A DNA stretch of 60,606 nucleotides from a virus (Duplodnaviria; Caudoviricetes): positions 1 through 60,606 of IMG/VR virus record IMGVR_UViG_3300011435_000002; one strand, given 5' to 3'. The notes under the pieces are model-generated. The model did no database searches. It was not told the DNA's origin and was given only the letters and a program-made list of their open reading frames with translations. Of the stretch, positions 36,640-45,510 are shown in pieces. Position 1 is the stretch's first letter. Each line of letters opens with the position of its first letter. The translations under genes were made by a program, and so were the position numbers.

Positions 36640-39351
36640 ATGGCAAAGTACGGCGATAACCACCTCTATGATGATGAGTCAATCTATGGTCGCATCACAC
36701 CAACTCTTCTAGCTGCACAGGAATCTCACCATAGGCAAACAGCTCTTCGTGTACAGATAACAGACGAGCGGCTCAACCTGTGGGAACATCTTACAGGTTC
36801 TCATACCTACGAGGAAGGAATCTCAGCAGCTTACGCGGCGGTTAATGGGTCTAACCATTCTTGGGATATTGGGTTCTGGGCTTTCCGGGGTTGGCACAGC
36901 ATGATAATCCTCCCCAATGGAACTATTGTCAGAACTCGAGTGGGTGATCCTGCAGACCTCGATGACAGGCAAATCTGGATTCAGGAAGTCACGGACCCTG
37001 ATAATCTACCTCAGTGGGATAACTGGTCAGTTCTCTATTCTGGCACCCACTATGGGAACGCTGCAATCATAGTTACAGGCGCTAGCACTTATGACATTGT
37101 TCACTTCAAGGGTGATGGCAACGTTTATCTGAATAACTCTATTCACCATGATTTTGATGCAATTGCGGGAGATGGTTGGGAACCACTTCTTTGGAATGGG
37201 GTTGTTGATCGAGACGGATCGGGTTGGATCGGAGCCCTTTACCGAGACATGAACATCGATCATCGAAGAACAATTGATAACTTCTACATTGAAGATATCG
37301 CAGGTGGGGCCAACTACTTCTGGGATCGTCAGAACTATAGTTGGATGCGTGGCGGAATGGTAGGCATCAATCTCGATGTTGATACCATCGCCCGCATTGG
37401 TGCGTTTCAGTTACACTTCAATCCACGAGACGGTGATCATGGAGTTGCTATTCACTACTGCGAACAGACCACTGACGGCGAGAATCGCTTGACTCCTCCC
37501 TACATCATTCGTGGGATCGGAGGAGGTGCGGGTAGTAACTACATCGTTGGCTTGAGCCTTCGTCTCCTGTCTGATGGCTACTATTACCTGAACGCCATTG
37601 AAGTTCACCATGATGAAGAGGGAGAGGCGGTAACTCCACTTGGTATGGGAATGCCAGTTTGGATGCGATCCAAGAACCTCAAGCATTGGAGCGATCCTGT
37701 AATTGGCCCGCCACTTGAGAACACGGGTTCACTCAGTCCTTTCATCGAGAAGGACGGCTATGTTTACTGGGCGGATAGCGAGGTCGTCTATCGTCGTCCG
37801 ATGGGGACTGTCATCTATGACATCTCAAACTATGTGCCTACCCTTGAATTCGAACTGCCCCGTGATAATCAGCCAGGAACGGGCAGTACAACGGTCGCTA
37901 ACCCAGCTGGTATCAACAACTACCTGAAAGAACTCAATGACCGAGAACTCGTAGTCGAAATCGGGTTGAAGACCGAAACTGGTGGATATGAGTACACCAA
38001 GTTCGATCGATTCTGGATTACTCGGCAGAACAAGGAACTCCAGGGAACTATCAGTCGTCTGCAAGTTGAGTTCGGGGACATCTGGGCACGGCTCGATACG
38101 TCCATGCGTGATGTTACCAATCACGTTGGTCAAACCGTTTGGGATGATTGGTCACCGGGGAAGCGCAACAAAGCTTTCAACTATTTCTTCGCCACTGATA
38201 CTAATCCGGTCGAAACTACGGACTATCGTCTAACCACCACAGGAATCTGTCTGTGGACTGGATGGAAGGGACACAACATGGACGTGTCCGTTCATTTCAG
38301 CGGGTTCACTGGTAATCCCTATATCATCACTAGATATCAAGATCCTCAGAACTTTATGTTCTGGGAGTATGATAATGGCACTGGTGATTTATACCTTAAC
38401 CAACTGATTGATGGAATTATCTTTGGAGTTGATGGGGTATCAGTACCTGTCGATTCTACGCCCACTATTCGCATTCGACAAACGTGGCATTTCTACGAAG
38501 CTTGGTTCAATGGCGTCAAGGTCATGGATGATGCCTATGCAGACAATCACTATGTACCTGGCCAGAACCCCTTGATCCATCAAGGCTATGTGGGCTTCGC
38601 CGCGAGTGCTGGTGGATATACCCTTTCCAACTTCCACTTCCAGGATTGGGAATCACCAATCACTACTGAAGACCTAATTCGCATTGCACTGGCGGCTGGG
38701 GACTTCCACGACGTAATCGTGGGTGGAGCTTCGAGTAGAGTCTTCGCACTGGTTTGGGGACCGCAGACGGACGCGGAAACTCTTGCTGATGCTCTGGCGC
38801 AGACTCTCGAAATCGACAAGCTCCAGCTGATCTGGCGTAATGGATCGGTCGAAGTCGGCAAGTTCAACAGTGAGACGTCGAAGAAAACTATCCGCAATGA
38901 AGTCGTGAAGTCTGAGGAAATCGACGAGGCAAATCGCAGAATCAATCTCGCAGTAGTGGATGGAAACGAGGACTTCTGGCTTGAGATTGATACGGCAGAT
39001 ACCATGACCAGAGGTCGACAGATTACCTCGTACTTCGACGTGCCTGAGTTGCTCGACCGTGACGACGTAATCGCTAGGGCGAAAGAGGAGATTCGGCGAG
39101 GGGCACAGGGCGCAAGCCCCGGAGGAACAACTCCCCTCTTCTTCGACCTGTGGCGGATGGATGCGGTCACCTGGGTCGATCCTGAGGGGAATGAGAAGCT
39201 AGTCCGTATCGAGGGATTCTCTGTGGAAATTGATCAGAGCAAGACGCCTCACCAGAGACAGACCTTCGATACTGCGGAGTATCCTTCTGAAACTACAAGT
39301 GCCCTCAATCGCCCACCACCGACAGCTACTGGAGTGGGGGTTGTTGAGTAG
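36640..39351 (+). CDS. Tail tip/baseplate hub protein
   Basis: 903 aa, aromatic beta-rich; position. Confidence 0.6.
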   Translation: MAKYGDNHLYDDESIYGRITPTLLAAQESHHRQTALRVQITDERLNLWEHLTGSHTYEEGISAAYAAVNGSNHSWDIGFWAFRGWHSMIILPNGTIVRTRVGDPADLDDRQIWIQEVTDPDNLPQWDNWSVLYSGTHYGNAAIIVTGASTYDIVHFKGDGNVYLNNSIHHDFDAIAGDGWEPLLWNGVVDRDGSGWIGALYRDMNIDHRRTIDNFYIEDIAGGANYFWDRQNYSWMRGGMVGINLDVDTIARIGAFQLHFNPRDGDHGVAIHYCEQTTDGENRLTPPYIIRGIGGGAGSNYIVGLSLRLLSDGYYYLNAIEVHHDEEGEAVTPLGMGMPVWMRSKNLKHWSDPVIGPPLENTGSLSPFIEKDGYVYWADSEVVYRRPMGTVIYDISNYVPTLEFELPRDNQPGTGSTTVANPAGINNYLKELNDRELVVEIGLKTETGGYEYTKFDRFWITRQNKELQGTISRLQVEFGDIWARLDTSMRDVTNHVGQTVWDDWSPGKRNKAFNYFFATDTNPVETTDYRLTTTGICLWTGWKGHNMDVSVHFSGFTGNPYIITRYQDPQNFMFWEYDNGTGDLYLNQLIDGIIFGVDGVSVPVDSTPTIRIRQTWHFYEAWFNGVKVMDDAYADNHYVPGQNPLIHQGYVGFAASAGGYTLSNFHFQDWESPITTEDLIRIALAAGDFHDVIVGGASSRVFALVWGPQTDAETLADALAQTLEIDKLQLIWRNGSVEVGKFNSETSKKTIRNEVVKSEEIDEANRRINLAVVDGNEDFWLEIDTADTMTRGRQITSYFDVPELLDRDDVIARAKEEIRRGAQGASPGGTTPLFFDLWRMDAVTWVDPEGNEKLVRIEGFSVEIDQSKTPHQRQTFDTAEYPSETTSALNRPPPTATGVGVVE

Positions 39352-39620
39352 TGCCTAGACGACTCGATACTTCACGACACGTTGTCAAGGATATCTCCGC
39401 ACGCCCCAGGAAAATCACCTCGGGAACACTAGCCGAAGATTACGACGGCATCGGACAGTATACCCTAGTGTCGCTCGCTGGCAGTTCTGTCTCCTCGGCG
39501 TATAAAGCTCGCCTCGCTGTGGGGGACTTCGGAACTGGTCAGGTAATCCCCAGGGGAACGAGAGTCACGCTATTCGTCAATCGGGGACAGATCGAAATCC
39601 TTTCACTTGGTGCGAAATGA
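39351..39620 (+). CDS. Small tail-tip protein (stand-alone copy of the next gene's N-terminal domain)
   Basis: GTLAEDYDGIGQY...AGSSVSSAYKAR shared with 39617. Confidence 0.7.
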   Translation: MPRRLDTSRHVVKDISARPRKITSGTLAEDYDGIGQYTLVSLAGSSVSSAYKARLAVGDFGTGQVIPRGTRVTLFVNRGQIEILSLGAK

Positions 39621-40636
39621 GACAGATCTGGACTCCACGTACTCAGATCAAGCGGGCTGGGAGGCTATCTGATGGTATCCATAGAGGAACGTTGGCAGAG
39701 GATTATGACGGCATCGGTCAGTATGTTCTGGTCGCACTTGCCGGTAGTTCTGTATCGTCTGCGTATAAGGCACGTGTTGCTGCTGGAGATTTCGGTGGTC
39801 GCCGTGTTATTCCTCGTGGCTCTAGGGTTGTCGTCCATTCCAATCGTGGGAACCTAGAGGTATTCTTGGGCAACCGTCCACGACCATGCGATCAGACCTG
39901 CCTGCTTGAGTACTTCGAGAATGACTTCCCGGATGATGAGTGGGGTCCGGGAGTTGGATTCGATTGGGACTGGAATCAAGCAGGGCCAGGTGGTGCTACA
40001 TACCAGGTGTTCGGTTTTCCACAGCCCGATGGTGGTAACGGGCAGGTTGCTCAGCTAGACCTTTCTCTGGGTGGTAACTCCAATGATCACGGAGATACTT
40101 ACCAAAACACTGATGACTTACCAGATGCGTGGAGTAGGGACTTTGAGTTAAGTACGGCTTTCATCGCCAGCATTCTCCCTCACGCTGATCTAGGTGACAA
40201 CCGCGCGTCATGGGCAATCGGAATGTCAGAGGACAATCCCGCTAGCTCGTTGACTCAGTGCCTCTTCTTTAGGGTTCAGGACAGTACGCTAGGCGGTCAG
40301 GATTCAGTTCGATTGCTTATACCGGGAGTTGATCCTGATAAGATCTCGTGGCCTGTCCCCCAATCAAGTACTACCAAGATTCTTTGGAAGAAGATTGGTA
40401 GTAGGCACTACGTTAAACTCTGGTATTTCGATGATCCCGAACCGACCTCCTGGACTTTCGACGGGATCATTCAAACTGATCCAGGACCAACACTCCAGTC
40501 CCTCTTCGTCTACTCTGATCAACCCCACACTCGCGTCTTCTCCACCGATCCCAATGCTTCGTTGATGACAACTTGGTTTAGGATTCTGGTATGCAACTGT
40601 GTCAGACTATCCCCTAATGTATTCACTTGGCCTTAA
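39617..40636 (+). CDS. Tail spike/receptor-binding protein candidate
   Basis: Shared N-domain, CDQTC linker, lectin-like C-terminus (KLWY...PEPTSW). Confidence 0.6.
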   Translation: MRQIWTPRTQIKRAGRLSDGIHRGTLAEDYDGIGQYVLVALAGSSVSSAYKARVAAGDFGGRRVIPRGSRVVVHSNRGNLEVFLGNRPRPCDQTCLLEYFENDFPDDEWGPGVGFDWDWNQAGPGGATYQVFGFPQPDGGNGQVAQLDLSLGGNSNDHGDTYQNTDDLPDAWSRDFELSTAFIASILPHADLGDNRASWAIGMSEDNPASSLTQCLFFRVQDSTLGGQDSVRLLIPGVDPDKISWPVPQSSTTKILWKKIGSRHYVKLWYFDDPEPTSWTFDGIIQTDPGPTLQSLFVYSDQPHTRVFSTDPNASLMTTWFRILVCNCVRLSPNVFTWP

Positions 40637-40652
40637 CAGGAGGAAGAGGTTA

Positions 40653-41099
40653 GTGTTAGAAAAGGGGAACAACCCTGATCCGACAGATGTTAACATCACC
40701 AACACATCTCCAGTTCCGGTGGTAGTAGCAGAGGAGACACTGCAACTCGAGTCTCAGATAACTTCGAAACAGCTAGCTGCGGCAGCTAGGGTAGACGCCG
40801 AAATCCTAAGAACCGAGGATCAACGAAGAATTAGTGGTATCTGGGAAGGTACGCAACAGCGCATCGCTTTGTCGGTTGTGTGGGTTGCACTATTCGTGGT
40901 CAGCATCCTCGTTCTGTCTCCAATCATAGTACTGGTTGTGAAGGGAAGTACTCCGGAGTTTGCTGTCACGGCGTCAGTTGCGGGTATGCTGTTCTTGACT
41001 GGCATCGCTAACTTGGTCATCGGATTCTACTTTGGGAGAACTAACCATACGCGAGTTGGTGGAGAGGTTGTTTCAGGAGATGATAAGTCTGGCAGATAA
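40653..41099 (+). CDS. Holin-like two-TM membrane protein
   Basis: Two hydrophobic helices; VIGFYFG; precedes the lysin. Confidence 0.7.
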   Translation: MLEKGNNPDPTDVNITNTSPVPVVVAEETLQLESQITSKQLAAAARVDAEILRTEDQRRISGIWEGTQQRIALSVVWVALFVVSILVLSPIIVLVVKGSTPEFAVTASVAGMLFLTGIANLVIGFYFGRTNHTRVGGEVVSGDDKSGR

Positions 41100-41249
41100 T
41101 GTGCAATGGGAAAGCCACGGTCATTTGAGACAAGGAGATTAGCCTATGAGATCACGTATGCCGGTCTAGACCATCAAAAATAAAACTCGAGTATTGTCCC
41201 CGCCTTGACGATATGTAAGATCAGGCTGGGAATCACATACGAGGGCGGC

Positions 41250-42182
41250 ATGGCGACAACTCCAAGATACGTAGGTAGACATGAGGATCAGTTCGATGGG
41301 TCTAAACTACAGAACCAGAATTGTGTGCCTGCCAGCTTAGGTGACGCTGCACGAAGCGTGACCAAGGGCTCTGTAGATAAGAATGGTGGACAGGTTCGTG
41401 CACTAGTCAAGATCACGGAGGAGCAGAACCCCACTTCACCTGGGTGGACTCTTAAAGATGCCGATCTGGCAGCAAGCCGATTAGGCATCAACTTTAACTA
41501 CACAACCTCGGGCACGTGGTCGCAGCTGCAAGCTCGTCGCGCCGAAGGCCGGATGATCGTTCTACAGGGTGATAGTGACGTCTTCACGTCCGGATGCTCT
41601 AGTGCCTTCGACGGCAATCATTGCATCGTCATCCATCCCAACAGCAACGATGTTGGTGACTGGCTAACAGGAGACCCGATCTGTTTAGGTTGGAGGTGGG
41701 AAGACGAAACAACTTTACGCAGATACGCAGAGAAGTTCGGTGGCGGTACTGTACTGTTCGGATACACGGACATCGTTCCACTAGCGATTAACGAGGAGGC
41801 AGACGTGGCGGTAGTTATCACGATTACTCCCCAGACAGGGAGATTTACTATCCCCGCTAATCAGTCAGTGATAGGATTAAAGGTCGATCCCACCACAGGA
41901 CTGGTGTCAGAGAGAAAGACCTGGGCACCAAATCCAAATCCCAGCTCGGCATCATACGATGCCAGAATCACCACGACGGCTTTCAGGGGAAACCCCTTCA
42001 TTCGGGGGTCCAATGGATTCTTCGATGATTATTGGATCAGTACGGCACAGGTAGAAGAAGTACCTGATGCACCTGCTCCTCCGCAGGATTGTTCTACCCA
42101 AGTAATAGCGGCGAAGCAAGCAGGAATGGCCGAGGGAATTGCGGCGGAAAAACTGCGTGTTCGTAACACGTTGGGAATCTAG
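41250..42182 (+). CDS. Endolysin candidate, papain-like (C39-type) cysteine peptidase
   Basis: Q...NCVPAS, GNHCIVI and GDP suggest a C-H-D triad; lysis-cassette position. Confidence 0.65.
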   Translation: MATTPRYVGRHEDQFDGSKLQNQNCVPASLGDAARSVTKGSVDKNGGQVRALVKITEEQNPTSPGWTLKDADLAASRLGINFNYTTSGTWSQLQARRAEGRMIVLQGDSDVFTSGCSSAFDGNHCIVIHPNSNDVGDWLTGDPICLGWRWEDETTLRRYAEKFGGGTVLFGYTDIVPLAINEEADVAVVITITPQTGRFTIPANQSVIGLKVDPTTGLVSERKTWAPNPNPSSASYDARITTTAFRGNPFIRGSNGFFDDYWISTAQVEEVPDAPAPPQDCSTQVIAAKQAGMAEGIAAEKLRVRNTLGI

Positions 42183-42188
42183 GAGGCT

Positions 42189-42446
42189 ATGATGGTACAG
42201 GAAACTGCAGTACAAGCAACTGCGTCGGCATTGACAGACGGCACCGGAATCAGCAAGCTGCTCGGGAGTAAGATTCTTAAGGATCTTGTTCTCGACGCGC
42301 TGCTATCGTTGCCGGTCAGCCTCGCTGCCATCAACATCACCGGATTGGAGGGAGCTCTGGCCGCCCCATTGGTGGTTGGTATCGCCGTGTCAGATGCCCT
42401 AATCCGGGTGATTTATAGGGGCGCGTTGCGATACGCACAGAGCTAA
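42189..42446 (+). CDS. Small membrane protein (holin/antiholin-like)
   Basis: Hydrophobic; AGGAGG RBS. Confidence 0.55.
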   Translation: MMVQETAVQATASALTDGTGISKLLGSKILKDLVLDALLSLPVSLAAINITGLEGALAAPLVVGIAVSDALIRVIYRGALRYAQS

Positions 42447-42775
42447 TTACGATCACGAGCTCGGGCCTCCTGGAGTTCGTCGATCCGGTCGAGGATGCGC
42501 AGTGCCTCTTCGACTGATGAGATCACCCGGGCAACGCCGCCTGTTCGGGTGATCTCGCTTATCCTGTAGGCCTGGAGTTTAGTGGGCTTTCCTTCTTCAT
42601 CACGTTTGACTTCGAACGCTATAAAACGCGCACGGTAACAGCCGATGATGTCGGGTAATCCCTTCTTCACCATCGGACTACCGTGCGTCTTATACCAGAA
42701 ACCGCCCCTCTTATTCAGCGCTTTGAGAATTCGTTTCTTGACGCTGGATTCGAGGGGCGATTTCTTTGTGTTCAT
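42443..42775 (-). CDS. VRR-NUC domain nuclease
   Basis: ES....I, GLPDII...FIAFEVK, TKLQ. Confidence 0.88.
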   Translation of the reverse strand: MNTKKSPLESSVKKRILKALNKRGGFWYKTHGSPMVKKGLPDIIGCYRARFIAFEVKRDEEGKPTKLQAYRISEITRTGGVARVISSVEEALRILDRIDELQEARARDRN

Positions 42776-42776
42776 C

Positions 42777-43457
42777 TTACAGGTCGTCTACGTCGATTTC
42801 ATCAACGTCTTCGTCGTCCTCATCCTCGTCATCCTCGACGACGGGCTTCTTGGACTTCTTCTTTTTGGTCTTCTCCTTCTTGGCCTTCTTCTTGGGCTTC
42901 TCCTCTTCTTCCTCCTCTTCTTCGTCCTCATCTTCCTCCTCTTCTTCGTCTTCTTCCTCTTCGTCTTCTTCCTCGTCCTCATCGTCGTCGGCCTTGTTCT
43001 TCAGGTCGTCCCAATCCTTCTTGGAGAAGGTGGCCGAAACCTTCGATGAGAACTTGCCGCTACCCTCAGGATACTCCTCTTCCTCGGTAGTGATACCGAT
43101 GAGTCCCTGCTGCTTGACAATCTTGGCAAGCGGGATATCAACCGAGCTCTGCGGTACCTTGTTCTCTCCGAGCAGGTCCATGAGGAAGCCGCGAAGGCTC
43201 CACAGCGACTCCTTCGAGAGTCCCGTCCTGTGGAAGATCTTCTTGCCACGATACTTTTTAGGCTCCTGAATTACCAGGCCCCACAGGATATGCTTACGTG
43301 ACGGATCGTCCTTCTTCTTCCGGACCTCCCCACTCTGAACCTGTGCGAGGTAGTCGTCATCAGGGACGTGGGCTGATCGTCCACCCCCACCCCGTTCAAC
43401 TCCTGTGAAGTCGACCGTCAGAACCTTGGGCGTCTTGCCCTTCTGTGGCTTCGGCAT
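42777..43457 (-). CDS. Single-stranded DNA-binding protein-like (DUF669-like) with a long acidic/basic tail
   Basis: VDFTGVE...VPDDDY, SLWSLRGFL; next to AAA_24 and exonuclease genes. Confidence 0.65.
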   Translation of the reverse strand: MPKPQKGKTPKVLTVDFTGVERGGGGRSAHVPDDDYLAQVQSGEVRKKKDDPSRKHILWGLVIQEPKKYRGKKIFHRTGLSKESLWSLRGFLMDLLGENKVPQSSVDIPLAKIVKQQGLIGITTEEEEYPEGSGKFSSKVSATFSKKDWDDLKNKADDDEDEEEDEEEEDEEEEEDEDEEEEEEEEKPKKKAKKEKTKKKKSKKPVVEDDEDEDDEDVDEIDVDDL

Positions 43458-44252
43458 CTATCGCTCTCCTGCAATCTTCTTGAGGAATCCACCAAACGTT
43501 GGGTTGCGCTCGATGTACTTAAGTTCTTCGAACCTATTACCCGCCACGTACTTTGGATGTGAACCCAATAGCATTCTCCTTTCCTTCACGGTCTTGCCCT
43601 TCTTATCTACGGTGTCCGCAACGTACATCCTCCCAATGATATCAACTGCCGACAGAAGAGTGGATCGAGGGGAAGGTGATAGTTCCGGGTGGACTTCCGA
43701 CGTAATCGTTCCATCTTCATCCTCCGAGTCTGTCCGCTTCTCCTGCGCTGTGAATATAACGTGCATTGGCAGATTACGAAACTTGATGATAACATCCTTA
43801 AGATGCTCACCCAGCTTACCCCAACTGCGTTGGTCAGGGGACTTCGGATCGCGGTTAAAGTCTCGGTCGTGGTCGTCCTTCAGAACGAACTTCATGCAGA
43901 CGATAGCGAGCATGGTAACGGTGTCGATGACCACTACCTCAAAGTCATGTTCTCCACTACGAAGAAGCCAGTAAATAGCGTCAAGGTCATCCCATACTTG
44001 TACTCGGTACTTGCTAGCGTTCTTGTATTTCCTAACAGAGGTTGTTCCCCGTTCGTTACAGTCAATGACTAGAGTTTTAAGTTCGGACGAGCAGGCGAAC
44101 CGTGTCTTGCCCACCTTATTTTTGGAGTAGACAACCATCTTAACCCAGTCGTCTTCTCCTACTGGCGTGATCTTGCCTCGCGCTTTCTCAATTTCACTCG
44201 TCCGATTCTTCGTCTTCTTCCCAGTCTTCCGTTTCGCTAACGATATCGCCAC
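43458..44252 (-). CDS. AAA_24 (Sak4-like) ATPase
   Basis: YSKNKVGKT, VVIDTVT, WG, FTAQEK, VDIIG. Confidence 0.85.
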   Translation of the reverse strand: MAISLAKRKTGKKTKNRTSEIEKARGKITPVGEDDWVKMVVYSKNKVGKTRFACSSELKTLVIDCNERGTTSVRKYKNASKYRVQVWDDLDAIYWLLRSGEHDFEVVVIDTVTMLAIVCMKFVLKDDHDRDFNRDPKSPDQRSWGKLGEHLKDVIIKFRNLPMHVIFTAQEKRTDSEDEDGTITSEVHPELSPSPRSTLLSAVDIIGRMYVADTVDKKGKTVKERRMLLGSHPKYVAGNRFEELKYIERNPTFGGFLKKIAGER

Positions 44253-45237
44253 GCAAATCCCTTTCTACTTTCAACGTGAACTTGGTGCGTCGCATCAATG
44301 ATGTGTCGAAGCCATTAAGTTCGGCTCGGCAAAGATCATGATATGAACACATTGTGGCACAATCTTTTGTGATAACGCGATACCGTCTCTTATCTGTACG
44401 GATATGCTTCGCAGTTGAGAGTGCGTCACGAAGGATTTCTTTGGTGACGTGAGCTTCACGAGGAAGTCTATAGCGTCTAAGGAAAGGGGACTTTCGTTGC
44501 AGAGGTTTGAGGATATCTCGAAAGTCGTTGGGATCGTATCCATTGGAACGAAGAAATCTATGGACCGTCGGATAGTCGCTAACAAACTTTCTCTTGCTAA
44601 GTGATCCATCCTGATTGATACGTGGTACGCCAGGAGGCTTGGATTTGACATAGTTGTAGATGACGCCGGCGATATCCCAACCCCAGGCTTCTCTAGCCGC
44701 CCACGGATATAGCATAAGTTGCGGATCCATAGCGTGATAAGCCCCAGCATCAGGGATCGTGCCTGCTGTTTTATGGTCAACAATCCACCACCTGCCCTCC
44801 CTGTCAACAATCACTAGATCGATGATACCTTGAAGTGTCTGGACCTTTCCACCGATCTTGAGCGGTGTCGGTACTTCGAACGCCTGTTCGATCGCTTTGA
44901 CTTCCCACCCATCATCCCTGTAATACCACAGGTAGGACTTGACGATCTGCTTGACGATGTCAGGAAGCTTCTGACCCCTCCTGCCCCTCTTACTCTCGAG
45001 GACAACTCTCTCTTCCTCAAAGAGCTTCTTGTAATCCTTGACGTAATCGTTGTGTCCGATCCGCCAATCGCCCTCTCTATAATGGGATTCAAGTGCTGCA
45101 TGAACCCATGATCCCAGATAGAGGGGTCGAGACTTCTGCTTCGGAACTAGACGATCGTCGTACTTGTATTCCCACTGCTTGGGACAACGCTGGAACGTCT
45201 TCAGTTCCGACCATGAAATCGCTTTTAGTTCAGTCAC
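44194..45237 (-). CDS. PD-(D/E)XK (RecB/Cas4-like) exonuclease
   Basis: SWS...FQRCP, GSWVH, GIIDLV...IVDHKT, QL.LY, CATMCSYHDLC. Confidence 0.88.
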   Translation of the reverse strand: MTELKAISWSELKTFQRCPKQWEYKYDDRLVPKQKSRPLYLGSWVHAALESHYREGDWRIGHNDYVKDYKKLFEEERVVLESKRGRRGQKLPDIVKQIVKSYLWYYRDDGWEVKAIEQAFEVPTPLKIGGKVQTLQGIIDLVIVDREGRWWIVDHKTAGTIPDAGAYHAMDPQLMLYPWAAREAWGWDIAGVIYNYVKSKPPGVPRINQDGSLSKRKFVSDYPTVHRFLRSNGYDPNDFRDILKPLQRKSPFLRRYRLPREAHVTKEILRDALSTAKHIRTDKRRYRVITKDCATMCSYHDLCRAELNGFDTSLMRRTKFTLKVERDLRGDIVSETEDWEEDEESDE

Positions 45238-45254
45238 GCCGCCTCCATGTACTC

Positions 45255-45283
45255 ATTATATTACAACCCATTTCACTTGTCAA
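45255..45283 (-). promoter_or_regulatory. Consensus promoter, class B
   Basis: TTGACA-17 bp-TATAAT with GTTGTAA upstream of the -10. Confidence 0.8.
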
Positions 45284-45510
45284 TCTTCATGACCTGGGCA
45301 GAAATCTCGGAATCCCATGAAAGCTGCCCCACCTTCCCAGAGTTCACTCAGGTTGTACTCATAGGGTGATCGACGGGCAGGCAATGGGGCTCCCTGTAAA
45401 TATCTGAAATTCCTGTGAGGTACATCGGGGTTGTGAGCTCTCGCCCATTGCAGATGAGGATACACTCGACGCCGAGGTTGCCTGCAGATAGGACAGATGA
45501 TACCAATCAA
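45280..45510 (-). CDS. Small C2H2-like Zn-finger protein
   Basis: CPIC...HL....H. Confidence 0.5.
   Translation of the reverse strand: MIGIICPICRQPRRRVYPHLQWARAHNPDVPHRNFRYLQGAPLPARRSPYEYNLSELWEGGAAFMGFRDFCPGHED

Noticed and set aside
39351-39860. DGR template/variable repeat pair
   Set aside because: No reverse transcriptase; differences are not adenine-specific; both copies are N-terminal coding sequence
42766-43269. Poly-Ser ORFs (also 9827-10072, 10109-10441)
   Set aside because: Antisense readings of poly-Glu/Asp codons
44194-45237. Cas4-like nuclease as part of a CRISPR system
   Set aside because: No repeat-spacer array or other cas genes seen; it sits in the standard exonuclease-AAA_24-SSB recombination module
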